A DNA stretch of 64,000 nt from Paludibacteraceae bacterium (GCA_905233375.1 CAJOEJ010000002.1:6704-70703); one strand, 5' to 3'. Counted from the first letter of the stretch, positions 1-11,200 are shown. Notes: generated by a model from the letters alone, not told the origin. A program made the numbers and translations.

Positions 1-655
1 AACGGTCGGCGATCATCTGCAAACGATCAATGTCGCGCTTCATCTGCGGCACATATTCATCGTCGGGATATGTCTCCACCAACAACTGCTGCCAGGCATT
101 GAGCGAAGATATAGGTGTACCGAGTTGGTGGGCTGTCTCTTTGGACAAACCGACCCATAAGCGGTTCTCCTCACTCCGTTGTCCGGTAAGCATGGTGATA
201 ACGGCAATCGCGATAAAGATGAAAATGAGTGCGAACTGGGCATATGGCACATATCTCAGACGTGTCAGCAGGCTGCTGTCATCCCAATAGATATACTGCG
301 TTGTCGTATCATCGATCTTCAACTCGATCGGACCATGATGCTTTGCCGGTGTCAACTGGTAATCGGCAACGGACAATTTTTTCTCATCCGTATTCCGGCT
401 GGCAAGCACTTTACCGTTTTCATCGCAGATATACACCGGTATCGTGGTGTTCTTCTCAATGATGGACGAGACGAAGTCAATATCGGCATCGGTATCCGCG
501 AGGATGAGCTGGCGGGTGGCATCCACCCATACAGCCATGTTCTTCTGCTCCTCATCCTGCAACAAGCGTGCCAGATTATTCGTGAACAATACGGAAATAG
601 CCACGATAAACATGGCTATTACCAATACGAATGTTCCTATTTGACGATTGGACAT
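1..655 (-). CDS. sensor histidine kinase, N-terminal part (3' end runs off the window)
   Basis: Not in the ORF track because it is open at the window edge. My reverse-strand translation from ATG (655-653) reads MSNRQIGTFVLVIAMFIVAISVLF (TM helix). It continues to a second hydrophobic segment YAQFALIFIFIAIAVITML and an H-box-like SKETAHQLGTPISSLNAW. There is no stop down to nt 1. Confidence 0.75.
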   Translation of the reverse strand, partial: MSNRQIGTFVLVIAMFIVAISVLFTNNLARLLQDEEQKNMAVWVDATRQLILADTDADIDFVSSIIEKNTTIPVYICDENGKVLASRNTDEKKLSVADYQLTPAKHHGPIELKIDDTTTQYIYWDDSSLLTRLRYVPYAQFALIFIFIAIAVITMLTGQRSEENRLWVGLSKETAHQLGTPISSLNAWQQLLVETYPDDEYVPQMKRDIDRLQMIADR

Positions 656-720
656 TTCTGCTGAAAGTTGAGAGTTGAAAGAAGTTCTCAAGTTAATAGT
701 AGAGAGTTTCTAATCTATTC

Positions 721-1896
721 TCAGCCTAACATCGTTAAAAGAACACCAGCTGCGACCGCAGAACCGATGACACCGGCTACGTTCGGACCCATAGCGTGCA
801 TGAGCAGGAAGTTCGACGGGTTCTCCTCCTGACCGACCGTCTGGCTGACACGTGCTGCCATGGGGACAGCCGAAACACCTGCCGAACCGATCAGCGGGTT
901 GATCTTCTCTTTGAGGAAGAGGTTCATGAACTTAGCCAAGAGGACACCTCCTGCAGAACCGAGACCGAAGGCTACAATACCCATCGCCAGAATCATGAGT
1001 GTCTGCCAATTAAGGAAACTGCCGGCAGTTGCCGTAGCTCCTACGGAGAGCCCCAAGAAGATGACCACGATATTCATAAGCTCGTTCTGTGCGGTCTTGG
1101 AGAGACGATCCACTACCCCGCACTCTTTCATCAAGTTACCGAGCATCAAGCAACCAATCAGCGGAGCCGCGTCCGGAAGGATGAGTGCCACGATAGCAGT
1201 AATGATGATCGGAAAGACGATCTTCTCGGTCTTGGAGACAGGACGCAGTTGCCCCATCTTGATAGCGCGTTCTTTCTTGGTCGTCAGCGCACGCATGATA
1301 GGCGGTTGAATCACCGGCACAAGTGCCATATAGCTGTATGCTGCAATCGCAATCGGACCCAATAGATGCGGTGCCAACTTGGAAGTGAGGAAGATCGACG
1401 TCGGACCATCCGCTCCACCGATGATACCAATGGAACCGGCTTCGGCGGGCGTGAACCCCATTGCGTTCGCGCAGAGGAAAGTCACGAAGATTCCTATCTG
1501 TGCCGCTGCTCCGAGGATAAGAGACTTCGGATTCGCAATCAGCGGGCCAAAATCCGTCATCGCTCCGACGCCGATGAAGATAAGGCATGGATAGACACCG
1601 GCTTTGACACCGATATAGAGCACATCCAGCAAACCTCCTTCTTTGAGGATCGCGCCGTAGGAATGGTACGCCGGACTTTCCGGATCGAGGAAAGCCGACC
1701 ACAACTCGCTATGGAACATCCCTGCGCCAGGCAAGTTGGTGAGCAACATACCAAAGGCAATCGGAAGGAGCAACAGCGGCTCGTATTTCTTATGAATAGC
1801 CAAGTACAAGAGGAAAAAGCTGACCAACAACATGACAGCCTGCTGCCACGTCATCTGCATAAATCCCATGCCTTGGAAAAATTCCAAAATATTCAT
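721..1896 (-). CDS. mmdB: Na+-translocating decarboxylase beta subunit (MmdB/OadB/GcdB family)
   Basis: 391-aa polytopic membrane protein with an ATG start. It is the last gene of a carboxyltransferase / small subunit / biotin carrier / beta operon. The sequence is typical of OadB-family pumps (…GAMTDFGPL…, …GGADGPT…). Confidence 0.9.
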   Translation of the reverse strand: MNILEFFQGMGFMQMTWQQAVMLLVSFFLLYLAIHKKYEPLLLLPIAFGMLLTNLPGAGMFHSELWSAFLDPESPAYHSYGAILKEGGLLDVLYIGVKAGVYPCLIFIGVGAMTDFGPLIANPKSLILGAAAQIGIFVTFLCANAMGFTPAEAGSIGIIGGADGPTSIFLTSKLAPHLLGPIAIAAYSYMALVPVIQPPIMRALTTKKERAIKMGQLRPVSKTEKIVFPIIITAIVALILPDAAPLIGCLMLGNLMKECGVVDRLSKTAQNELMNIVVIFLGLSVGATATAGSFLNWQTLMILAMGIVAFGLGSAGGVLLAKFMNLFLKEKINPLIGSAGVSAVPMAARVSQTVGQEENPSNFLLMHAMGPNVAGVIGSAVAAGVLLTMLG

Positions 1897-1903
1897 TGTG
1901 AAT

Positions 1904-1940
1904 ATTTATTTGTTATTTGTAATTGGTAATTGGTGATTTA
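1904..1940 (-). repeat. word array (sense strand AAATCACC AATTACC AATTAC AAATAAC AAATAAATA) filling the mmdC-mmdB spacer
   Basis: The plus strand has no C, so the sense RNA has no G. The same CAATCACC/AATTACC family occurs inside CDSs at 55057-55092 and 59150-59180. Confidence 0.8.
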
Positions 1941-2381
1941 GCCAAGGACAATGAGCAGGTCGTCCTGCATGACGTTCTGACCTGCGGTAACGGCGATTTG
2001 CTTTACCGTACCATCCTGCTCAGCCATGATAGCGTTCTCCATTTTCATAGACTCGAGCGTCAGAAGGGTCTCTCCGCGTTTTACAGCCTGTCCTTCGCTT
2101 ACCAGCACCTTGATTACACTACCGGGCAGCGGACTCTTGACTTGTACGCCACCTGCTGCAGGAGCAGCTGCGGGTTTTGCCTCTGCCTTCGGAGCCGGAG
2201 CAGCGGCAGGCTTCGGAGCTACCGGAGCGGGTTTTGCAACAGGTTTAGCAACGGGAGCAGCTGCCTCTGTTTCTACTTCATATACTTTGCCGTTGACCGT
2301 TACCTGAGTCTTGCCGGCTTCTTTTTCTTCTACAGCGCATTTGTACTCAGCGCCATTGATTTTGAACGAAAATTCTTTCAT
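1938..2381 (-). CDS. mmdC: biotin carboxyl carrier subunit of the decarboxylase (MmdC-like)
   Basis: C-terminal biotinyl domain with LESMKMEN (biotinyl-Lys in MKM), preceded by an Ala/Pro-rich linker. The ORF track starts at a TTG (2435) that overlaps the upstream gene. I prefer the ATG at 2381 (MKEFSFKINGAEY…). Confidence 0.85.
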   Translation of the reverse strand: MKEFSFKINGAEYKCAVEEKEAGKTQVTVNGKVYEVETEAAAPVAKPVAKPAPVAPKPAAAPAPKAEAKPAAAPAAGGVQVKSPLPGSVIKVLVSEGQAVKRGETLLTLESMKMENAIMAEQDGTVKQIAVTAGQNVMQDDLLIVLG

Positions 2382-2431
2382 ATTAAAATTCTTATAATAT
2401 TCTTTGCCCTTTCGGGGCACGATTATTGTGG

Positions 2432-2806
2432 TCAAAAGCCCACATTATTAAGTCCATATGATTTGACATTCCAAGCCGTGTCGCGTACTTGCGGTTGAAT
2501 CATAGCTGTCGGGATGTCATGTTTGCCGTCCTTGTGCGCGAGAAACAACGCCATAGCAACAGCCGCCATGTCGTCATCTCCTGCTACCGGCTGTGGGGCA
2601 GGTACCACGGGCAGGTCTTCCTTCTTCTGCCCGGCAGGCTGCTCTACGGGTTTCTCCGCTTTGGGAGCCTTGGGAGCAGTTGCTTTCTGCATGATCCATC
2701 CGAACAACTGCAGGATGAATACCAGACAGAAGAGGAGAACCAGCACGATACCGAAACCTAAGCCGGTTACAATCCATGTGTCTGCTGTTACTGCTAAAAG
2801 TACCAT
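2432..2806 (-). CDS. mmdD: small membrane-anchor subunit of the decarboxylase (OadG/MmdD-like)
   Basis: 124 aa with a single N-terminal TM helix followed by a Pro/Ala/Lys-rich linker. It sits between the carboxyltransferase and biotin carrier genes, 3 nt after mmdA. Confidence 0.7.
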   Translation of the reverse strand: MVLLAVTADTWIVTGLGFGIVLVLLFCLVFILQLFGWIMQKATAPKAPKAEKPVEQPAGQKKEDLPVVPAPQPVAGDDDMAAVAMALFLAHKDGKHDIPTAMIQPQVRDTAWNVKSYGLNNVGF

Positions 2807-2808
2807 AA

Positions 2809-4365
2809 TTACAGAGGTATATTAGAGTGTTTCTTCAGCGGATTCGTCAGACGCTTGGTCTGGAGCATCTCGAATGCACGGATAATACGGCTACGCGTAT
2901 AGCGCGGCTCGATTACATCATCAATGTAACCGCGGTTCGCTGCCTGATACGGACTTGCGAACAAATCTTTGTATTCCGCCTCTTTCTCCGCAATGAATTT
3001 CTTCTTCTCTTCGGGATCCTCGATTGCTTTGATGGCTTTCGCCTGCAGCACACCCACTGCTCCGCTTGCACCCATTACGGCAATCTCAGCATTCGGCCAT
3101 GCGTAGCACATATCGCCGCGTAACTGCTTGCAGCTCATTACGATATGCGAACCTCCGTACGACTTACGAACGGTAATGGTAACTTTCGGAACGGTTGCTT
3201 CGCCATATGCAAACATCAGTTTTGCTCCGTGATCGATGATACCTGCGTACTCTTGTCCTGTTCCGCACAGGAAGCCCGGAACGTCCACGAGGGTCAGAAT
3301 CTGGATATTGAACGCGTCGCAGAAACGTACGAAACGGGCGGCCTTGCGGCTGGCGTCACAATCGAGCACACCTGCGAGCCAAGAAGGCTGGTTGGCGATG
3401 ATACCTGTCGATCGACCGTTGAAACGTGCAAAGCCGACTATAACGTTCTTCGCGTAGTCCTTATGCACCTCCATAAAATCACCGTTATCCACAATGGTAT
3501 TGATGATCTCGTGCATATCGTAGGGTTTGTTCGGATCTGCCGGCACAAGGTCGTTCAGATTGTCGTCCACACGGGTAATGTCGTCCGTGCAAGCGAATAC
3601 GGGCGCCTCTTCCATGTTGTTCTGCGGAATGAAAGAAACGAGACGGCGTACTTCAGCCAGTGCTTCCTCTTCGGTTGCAGCCACGAAATGCGTCACACCC
3701 GACTTGGAGGCATGGATATGTGCGCCACCAAGCTGCTCTACCGTCACATCTTCACCCGTTACGGCTTTCACTACCTTCGGACCCGTGATGAACATATAAC
3801 TATTCTGCTCGGTCATCATGATGAAGTCGGTTAATGCCGGGCTATAAACAGCACCTCCGGCACACGGACCAAAGATGACACTGATCTGCGGAACAACACC
3901 CGAAGCGAGGATGTTACGCTCGAAGATCTCCGCATAGCCGGCAAGGGCACATGCACCTTCCTGAATACGTGCTCCACCCGAGTCATTAAGACCGATGATA
4001 GGCGCACCGAGTTTCATAGCCTGATCCATGACGTTGCAGATTTTCAACGCCATTGTCTCTGAGAGCGAGCCACCGATGACCGTTGCGTCCTGTGCAAAAA
4101 CGAACACCAGACGACCGTCGATGGTACCTGAACCAACAGCCACGCCGTCACCCAGGAACACTTTCTTCTCCATTCCGAAGTCATGACAACGATGCGTGAG
4201 GAACATGTTCACTTCTTCAAACGAACCTTCATCGAGCAGCATGTTGATACGCTCGCGGGCGGTATAACTACCCTTTGCATGGTGTTTCTCTACCGCCGCT
4301 TCACCGCCTCCGGCTTGCGCCTTTGCGCGGTTTTCCACCAATTTATCCAATTTAGCCTGATCCAT
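2809..4365 (-). CDS. mmdA: methylmalonyl-CoA decarboxylase alpha subunit (acyl-CoA carboxyltransferase)
   Basis: 518 aa with full-length resemblance to propionyl-CoA carboxylase beta / MmdA carboxyltransferases (…GGGEAAVEKHHAKG…, …NDSGGARIQEG…, …GPCAGGAVYSPALTDF…). Confidence 0.92.
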   Translation of the reverse strand: MDQAKLDKLVENRAKAQAGGGEAAVEKHHAKGSYTARERINMLLDEGSFEEVNMFLTHRCHDFGMEKKVFLGDGVAVGSGTIDGRLVFVFAQDATVIGGSLSETMALKICNVMDQAMKLGAPIIGLNDSGGARIQEGACALAGYAEIFERNILASGVVPQISVIFGPCAGGAVYSPALTDFIMMTEQNSYMFITGPKVVKAVTGEDVTVEQLGGAHIHASKSGVTHFVAATEEEALAEVRRLVSFIPQNNMEEAPVFACTDDITRVDDNLNDLVPADPNKPYDMHEIINTIVDNGDFMEVHKDYAKNVIVGFARFNGRSTGIIANQPSWLAGVLDCDASRKAARFVRFCDAFNIQILTLVDVPGFLCGTGQEYAGIIDHGAKLMFAYGEATVPKVTITVRKSYGGSHIVMSCKQLRGDMCYAWPNAEIAVMGASGAVGVLQAKAIKAIEDPEEKKKFIAEKEAEYKDLFASPYQAANRGYIDDVIEPRYTRSRIIRAFEMLQTKRLTNPLKKHSNIPL

Positions 4366-4395
4366 AAAATCATTTACGATTTAACGATTTACAAT

Positions 4396-4809
4396 TTATT
4401 CCGGTTGCTGACATAGTTCTGTCAATACACCCTTGGTAGATTTCGGGTGCAGGAAAGCAATCATCAGGTTCTCAGCACCTTTGCGGGGAGCCTTGTCGAT
4501 GAGTTGGATACCTGCCGCTTCGCACTCAGCCAGCGCAGCCTCTACGTTCTCTACGTTGAAAGCCACGTGGTGAACACCTCCGCGACCGCCGTTTTTCTCA
4601 ATGAACTTGGCAATCGTCGATTCGGGGCTCGTCGGCTCCAGAAGCTCGATTTTCACTTCGCCTACCTTAAAGAACGCGGTACGTACTTTCTGGTCTGCGA
4701 CTTCCTCAATGCTGTAACATTTGTTACCGGTTAAAAACTCAAAGAAGGGTGCTGCCTCTTCAATCGAGGTAACAGCAATGCCCAAATGCTCAATGTGTGT
4801 GGGTTTCAT
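4396..4809 (-). CDS. mce: methylmalonyl-CoA epimerase (VOC/glyoxalase fold)
   Basis: 137 aa starting MKPTHIEHLGIAV…, with HHVAF… metal-ligand-type motifs. It is the first gene of the mmd operon. Confidence 0.85.
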   Translation of the reverse strand: MKPTHIEHLGIAVTSIEEAAPFFEFLTGNKCYSIEEVADQKVRTAFFKVGEVKIELLEPTSPESTIAKFIEKNGGRGGVHHVAFNVENVEAALAECEAAGIQLIDKAPRKGAENLMIAFLHPKSTKGVLTELCQQPE

Positions 4810-4859
4810 ATCAGAAATGTTTTTAAGTTATTTGATTCTAAAGTTTACAAAATCGGCTA

Positions 4860-4893
4860 CAAAGGTACGAAAATTATTTTATATACGCAAGCG
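4860..4893 (-). promoter_or_regulatory. Bacteroidetes sigma-A type promoter of the mce-mmd operon
   Basis: On the minus strand: TTG within CGCTTGCG (4888-4890), exactly 20 nt, then TACCTTTG (4867-4860) = TAnnTTTG -7 box. It lies ~50 nt upstream of the mce ATG. Confidence 0.65.
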
Positions 4894-4926
4894 TACGCGT
4901 ACTTTTTGCAAAAAAAAGTTCAAATA

Positions 4927-4958
4927 TTTGCATATATGCAATTTTTGTTGTAACTTTG
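4927..4958 (+). promoter_or_regulatory. sigma-A type promoter of gltX
   Basis: TTTG (4927-4930), 20 nt, TAACTTTG (4951-4958). The ATG is 19 nt downstream. Confidence 0.65.
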
Positions 4959-4976
4959 CACGCTAATTTGAAAATT

Positions 4977-6545
4977 ATGGAAAGAAGAGTACGAGTTCGT
5001 TTTGCGCCTTCCCCTACGGGCGCCTTGCACATCGGCGGTGTTCGTACCGCCTTGTATAACTACCTGTTTGCCCGCCAGCATGGCGGCGACATGTTGCTGC
5101 GTATCGAAGATACGGATAGCACGCGTTTCGTTCCGGGTGCGGAGGAGTATATCCTCGAAGCCCTCGATTGGCTCGGTATCGGCATTGATGAAGGTCTGCG
5201 TCAGAAGAAAGGAACCAAAGAGATCGAGGCGGTAGGCGAACACGGACCGTATCGTCAATCGGAGCGTCGCGAGATCTATCACCAATACGTGAAGCAGTTA
5301 CTTGATTCGGGTCATGCCTATATCGCTTTTGACACGCCGGAAGAGCTCGAAGCCAAACGTGCCGAAATTCCGAATTTCCAATACGATGCGCGCACGCGCA
5401 TGAGTATGCGCAATTCATTAACTATGTGTGCAGAGGAAGTGAGCGAATTGCTTGCCAAGGGTGAAAAATATGTCGTTCGCTTCAAAGTGGAGCCGGATGA
5501 AGATGTGCATGTACATGATTTGATTCGTGGCGAAGTTGTCATTAACAGCAACATTTTAGACGACAAAGTGCTGTACAAATCGGCGGATGACCTGCCTACG
5601 TACCACCTTGCCAACATTGTGGATGACCACTTGATGGAAATCAGCCACGTCATCCGCGGAGAGGAATGGTTGCCTTCTGCCCCGCTCCATGTACTATTGT
5701 ATCGTGCGTTCGGCTGGCAAGATACGATGCCCGAGTTTGCGCACCTTCCGCTCCTTCTCAAACCCGACGGAAACGGCAAACTGTCCAAACGCGACGGTGA
5801 CCGTCTCGGTTTCCCGGTCTTCCCGCTCGAGTTCCACAATCAGAAAGACGGCACTGTTTCGTCCGGCTACCGTGAGAGTGGCTATCTGCCCGAGGCGGTG
5901 ATTAATTTCCTGGCGCTCCTTGGATGGCATGGAAGCGGCGATCAGGAGCTGTACACGATGGACGAGTTGATTCAGGAATTCTCGTTAGACCGCGTATCGA
6001 AAGCAGGTGCCAAGTTCGACTATGAGAAGGGCAAATGGTTCAACCACCAATACCTGCAACTCCGCAGCAATGAGGAATTGGCGGAAATGTTTATGCCCGT
6101 TCTTGAAGAGCACCTTCGAGAGACGGAAGTATCGAAAGATCGCACTATCGACAAAGCGATGGTCGCTAAAGTTATCGGTTTGACCAAAGACCGTGTGAAC
6201 TTTGTTCCGGAACTGTGGGAGCAGACCAATTTCTTCTTTATTGCGCCGACCGAGTACGATGAGAAATCTCTCAAGAAGCGCTGGAAAGAAGACTCTCCGA
6301 GACATATGGTTGAGTTATTAGAGGTACTCGAAGCGGCTCCTTCGTGGGACGCAGAGACTTTAGATGGCATCGTTATGCCTTGGATTGCCGAGCACGAATA
6401 CGGCGTAGGTATCGTGATGAACGCTTTCCGTATCTGTCTGGTCGGCGCTGCCCGTGGTCCGCATATCTGGGAGATTACCAATATCCTCGGCAAAGAAGAA
6501 ACGTTGAAACGCGTTAAAACGGCGATTGCAGCTATCAAACTGTAA
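4977..6545 (+). CDS. gltX: glutamate--tRNA ligase
   Basis: Class I signature motifs: [11 protein letters not shown] (HIGH) and KLSKR (KMSKS). The ORF track opens at 4956, but that lies within the predicted -7 promoter box, so I start at ATG 4977 ([15 protein letters not shown]). Confidence 0.93.
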   Translation: MERRVRVRFAPSPTGALHIGGVRTALYNYLFARQHGGDMLLRIEDTDSTRFVPGAEEYILEALDWLGIGIDEGLRQKKGTKEIEAVGEHGPYRQSERREIYHQYVKQLLDSGHAYIAFDTPEELEAKRAEIPNFQYDARTRMSMRNSLTMCAEEVSELLAKGEKYVVRFKVEPDEDVHVHDLIRGEVVINSNILDDKVLYKSADDLPTYHLANIVDDHLMEISHVIRGEEWLPSAPLHVLLYRAFGWQDTMPEFAHLPLLLKPDGNGKLSKRDGDRLGFPVFPLEFHNQKDGTVSSGYRESGYLPEAVINFLALLGWHGSGDQELYTMDELIQEFSLDRVSKAGAKFDYEKGKWFNHQYLQLRSNEELAEMFMPVLEEHLRETEVSKDRTIDKAMVAKVIGLTKDRVNFVPELWEQTNFFFIAPTEYDEKSLKKRWKEDSPRHMVELLEVLEAAPSWDAETLDGIVMPWIAEHEYGVGIVMNAFRICLVGAARGPHIWEITNILGKEETLKRVKTAIAAIKL

Positions 6546-6562
6546 GGAGATTACCGTTTATT

Positions 6563-6603
6563 AAGAACAAGCCATTCGATTTGATGTCGAATGGCTTGTT
6601 CTT
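6563..6603. terminator. bidirectional hairpin terminator between convergent gltX and the metallophosphoesterase gene
   Basis: Perfect 17-bp inverted repeat AAGAACAAGCCATTCGA / TCGAATGGCTTGTTCTT with a 7-nt loop, flanked by T/A runs. Confidence 0.8.
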
Positions 6604-6647
6604 ATTTGAAAGATACACTATTCAGGAGTGTGTTTTTCAGGAATGCG

Positions 6648-8177
6648 TCAATACGCACGAACCTTCTCTCCCAGAATCGTGTATTGTGAACCATCAGGAT
6701 GCTCAATGAGCACTTGTCCGTTCCGAAGTACTTTGCGATAAGGACCAGTGATGACTTCTGCCGAGTTCACGTCTGTAAATATCTGCGGATTGTTGATCAT
6801 CAGCGATGGATGCAGGTCATCGGTAACATCGCTATGAAGTGCAGAGTTTCTCATCGTTTTATCTTCCACCAATGATTGAACCGGATCCTGTGCCATCTGT
6901 TTTGCCAACAATTTTATACCCGCGAGCATTTCGTCCAGCAATCCGAAACATTCACTCATCATGCCTTCCATGCCGGCATAAACCGAATCCGCTAAAGCCT
7001 GCCCCATCTCCGGCCGTTCGAACTCGTTCGCTTCGCTATGGAACAGATACATATCCACTGCCGCTTTACCAAGGTGTCGCTGAGTTATGTCAATACGCTC
7101 CTCGTCTGTTGAGGGAAGCATGTGATCATGGATATAGTTAATAGAAATGGTAGGTATATGTGCCTGTTTAAACATCGGAACAATCGTGTTATCCCATTTG
7201 CTATCCACCTTGTTCCATGCGCGTATTGCAAGAGCAGGAATCATATTCGTGGCATGTTCACGCATCCACTCGCGGCTATACGTCTCGAGATCCGCGATGG
7301 TATCTACGGATGTAAGATAATCCGTCTCCACAGCTATCTCGCCGCGGCTCGGAGTATGTGTCAGCCAACGGAAAGGACAAGGATAGGTAATCGGTGAACC
7401 GGTAGTTATCTCTACGAGGCTATCCGTTGTCAGACCTGTTGTGTCGCGATACGTGGTGATGCCATTGATATGAAAATGTCCTGTCAGAACCAGATGTACA
7501 CCGTGATGCATCAGGCTGTCACGCAAGTCATCTGCATTCCTGAACCGGCAAGAACTCTCCAGTGTACCCTGCTGGTCAAAGTGCTCCAATATCTGCCAGT
7601 GACTCATGGCGATGATAGTATGTCCCTTCGCAACAGCCGAATCCGCTTGCGCCAGGATGAATGACAATGTTGCGTCCGACAATTCTCCTACACTTGCATT
7701 TCCGTTTGAGCCGTCAATACCGATAACGGTCAATCCGGGAAGAGGTTCCACGGCATATGAATGCGAACCGGCATCTTTCACCGCGTTTTGGAATGTTCCG
7801 GGATAAAGGCTTTCCCAGTTTGCGCCCGGCAGGTCATGATTGCCGGGAATCACCAGCGTACGGATACCTGCTTGCTGCAAACGAAGAAGCGTAGCCGAAA
7901 CGGTGTCATGGGCGGCCTGCTCTCCGTCACGGGTCAAGTCTCCCGGAATGAGGATGAGGGAAGGCTGATATCGGAGTGCGGTGTCCTCCAATGCATGCCA
8001 GATGGGTTCACTCAGGTCAATCATCTTGCGTTGTTTTGCCATGTACTCATCGAAGTTCGCCTCCTGATCAATTACCGATTGAGGCAGCACATGCGGGTCG
8101 GCAATGACCATGATTCTGTCTTGCGCCTTAGCGACAAAGGGCGTAAGGGCCAAGAGAAACAGTAAAAGTTTTTTCAT
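6648..8177 (-). CDS. secreted metallophosphoesterase (calcineurin-like) with extra C-terminal domain
   Basis: Signal peptide MKKLLLFLLALTPFVAKAQ. Metallophosphoesterase motifs: VIADPH, GDLTRDG, GNHD, GHFH. Confidence 0.8.
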   Translation of the reverse strand: MKKLLLFLLALTPFVAKAQDRIMVIADPHVLPQSVIDQEANFDEYMAKQRKMIDLSEPIWHALEDTALRYQPSLILIPGDLTRDGEQAAHDTVSATLLRLQQAGIRTLVIPGNHDLPGANWESLYPGTFQNAVKDAGSHSYAVEPLPGLTVIGIDGSNGNASVGELSDATLSFILAQADSAVAKGHTIIAMSHWQILEHFDQQGTLESSCRFRNADDLRDSLMHHGVHLVLTGHFHINGITTYRDTTGLTTDSLVEITTGSPITYPCPFRWLTHTPSRGEIAVETDYLTSVDTIADLETYSREWMREHATNMIPALAIRAWNKVDSKWDNTIVPMFKQAHIPTISINYIHDHMLPSTDEERIDITQRHLGKAAVDMYLFHSEANEFERPEMGQALADSVYAGMEGMMSECFGLLDEMLAGIKLLAKQMAQDPVQSLVEDKTMRNSALHSDVTDDLHPSLMINNPQIFTDVNSAEVITGPYRKVLRNGQVLIEHPDGSQYTILGEKVRAY

Positions 8178-8220
8178 TGTTATGTAAATTTTAGTTGTTG
8201 TTTATCAAGGGGGTTTGTTA

Positions 8221-11200
8221 TTATTTATCATGTATTTTCCAATAAACTACCGGCAGTATGGTCACGGTAAGCGGCAGTGTAAAAATCGTACCAAAACAGA
8301 TCACTACTCCCATCGGCATCCATAAACTTGAATGCGCAATAATCATCGGGAGCACTCCCAACGCCGTTGTTGCGCTGGTGAGAAAGACAGGTCTCATTCG
8401 TCTGAGCCCGGCATCGAACGCCGCCTGACGATACGAAGCCAGTTTGTATTTGCGGCAATCCTCCGCGTATTCATACATCATAATGGCATTACGGACGATG
8501 ATTCCGATGAGACTCACTACTCCCAATACGGCAGTAATGGAAATGTCCAACCGGAAGATCCACAATCCGAGCATCGCGCCAAAGAGACAAAGGATGGCAC
8601 TGGAGAGCGCCAGTAGCGCCAGCCCCAATTTGCCGAAATGGTATAGCAGCAACACCAGCATGACCGCCAGAGCGGCAACGATAGACCATAGTATCTGCGG
8701 AAGGATCAATCCGTTCACCTCCGTCAAACCGCCATAACCAACAGACACTCCTTCGGGCAAATGCGTGATATGCGTGTTTATCCATTGTTTGACATTGCGT
8801 TCGGCATCCACCTGGCTCAGATTGCCCCGCAAATCCGCGCCGATGGTGAGCGTATTCACCGAATTACGCCGTTCCAAGGACGAATGATGCCATTCGGGTT
8901 CAATAGCAGCTACCTGTCGAAGCGGAACCCAAACGGTCGGCACGGCTGTGGGTATCTGAATCGCACCCAATTGCTCCGCATTCATTTCGTCTATACCCGC
9001 TGTATAGAGGACGACAGGTACCCCGTAACTGCCTTCATACAACGTGGTTATAGTGGCTCCTTGTGTCGCCTGACGCAAATAGAGCGAGAGCATCGTTTGC
9101 GTTATTCCGAGCCGTGTGGCTTCTTCGGGTTTGAGGATGATACGGGTCGATGGCGTGACGGCATTGTAGTCACAATGCACCCATTGCAGATCCGGCTGTG
9201 CCACCATGTAGCGGTATATACTGTCGGCTATGGGTTCCATGACCTTCCTATCCTCTCCTGTAACACGTACTTCCAATGGGTTTTTCACCGCCTGGTAGTC
9301 CAATTGTTTGAACCGGGCATAGGCATTAGGGAAGTAGTTTTCGTACTTCGCCGAATAGGCTTTGAGCACCTGTGAGGTCGCTTTGCTTGATTTGGTATTG
9401 ACGATAAGCTGGGCATAATTGGCGGCAGGTGTCTGCGGCGTATAGGTAGCATGGAAACGCGGCGAGGATTGTCCGACGAAAGCCGTCACGCTGGTCACCC
9501 GTTCATCGGCATTCAGAATAGTCGCCAGAGAGTCAGCGACAGCCGCACTCTCCTCTATTCCGGCTCCTTTACGCAGATGAATCTCCACCGCAAAAAATTC
9601 CCGCTCGGCTTTCGGAAGGAGTTGCAAGTTGAGTCTTGTCAACAAGAAAAGCCCGATAGCGGTGGAGACACCTAACAGCGTCCACACTATCCACGGGCGG
9701 TCAAAACAGCGTTGCAGCAGTTGTTTGTAGCCGTCTTGCAACCATGTAAAGAACTTGTTCTGCAAGCGTTCAAACCGTGTCAGTTCATTGTCCCGACGGG
9801 GACGCACGAAACGGAACGCCAGGAAAGGTGTAATCCACGAGGCATAGAAGATACTTGCAACGAGCGCAAAGAGAACCGCCCATGGGAATAGTTGCACGAA
9901 CTCGCCCAAGGGACCAGTGATGATCCGGGTCATGGGGAAGAACATTCCTGAGATCGCCATAGTCGCCAGAGACATCGGTACAAACAGGATGCTGGTACTT
10001 ACTACCGCCGAATACCAGCGCGAATGCCCTTTTCCCAGCTGGTTTGAGTAGCCGTCGATCACAATAACGCTGTCATCCACAATCATTCCAAGGACGAAGA
10101 TCAGCGCCGCGAGCGTCACAGTATTCAGTTCAATACCGGTGATATACATTAGTCCGACACAAATAGCGGTACAAACCGGCACGCCCGTAGAGGCAACGAG
10201 GGCTGTACGTAACGGGAAGAGTACCAACATGACGGCTATCACCACCAGAATGGATATAAGGATATCGCGCAAGAATGACAAGACGGAGTCGTTGACTACT
10301 TTGGGCTGGTCGGTTATACGATGGAACCGGATGTCGGGCGGTAACAACAACGCCGCTTGCGCCAATTGCTTGTCCACTTCTTTTCCAAAGGCAACGATGT
10401 TATTTCCGGGTACCATCTCGATATTGATGATCAGACAGGATGCGCCGTTGAACTCGACATATTGTTTGGGCGTCTGATAGCGCCTCTGGATGGTAGCAAT
10501 ATCTTTCAGGCGTATAATGGCACCCGTGGCAGGATCGGACCAGACAATCTGTTCCTGCATCTCGTATTCCGATTGATAGGGAATGATGACCTGCATGGTA
10601 CCTTGCGAGTTCATTTCTCCTCCGATGGTTCGCAACCCCTGCAATGCCATTTGTGCCTGGAGGGCTGAAGGGTTAATCCCGTACATGGACAGACGTTCGG
10701 GGTCTATGGTCACGGCAATCTCTTCTGTCTGCTGTCCCATGATACGCAGTTTGCCCATTTCGGGAATGGTACGCAGTTTGCTGCATACCTGCGTAGCAAA
10801 CTCTTCCAGCTCCCTCGGGCTACGCTGGTCGCTCTCCACGGCAATGAGGAGCGAGGAGGTGTTTCCGAAATCGTCTATGACCAGCGTTTGCAGGACGCCG
10901 CTTGGCATTTTAGTCCGTTGCAGCAACGGCAATCCGGCGCGAATCTTGTTCCATGCGGCTTCGCTGTCTATCGCATTCATGCGCAACATGACATAGACAT
11001 ATACAATACCATCGTAGGTCCGGCTGAAAGTAAGTGTTTTGTCCACCGCTTCGAACGTATTGATATAATCTTCGAGAGGAATGGTCACCTGCTGCTCCAC
11101 CTCCTCGGCGGTCGCGCCCGGATAGAGCGCCACGACCAAGCCCTGACGCATGGTGAACTGCGGAAACTCATCCTTGTTCATCCGGGGCAAGGAGTAGATA

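Noticed and set aside
4956-4976. Upstream extensions offered by the ORF track: gltX at 4956, mmdC at 2435, RhuM at 19573, DUF4831-like at 45172, tex at 38702, the 57003 TTG, and the 61843 ORF.
   Set aside because: The extensions overlap promoter boxes or upstream genes and add residues not typical of the families. Downstream ATGs give canonical N-termini or signal peptides.
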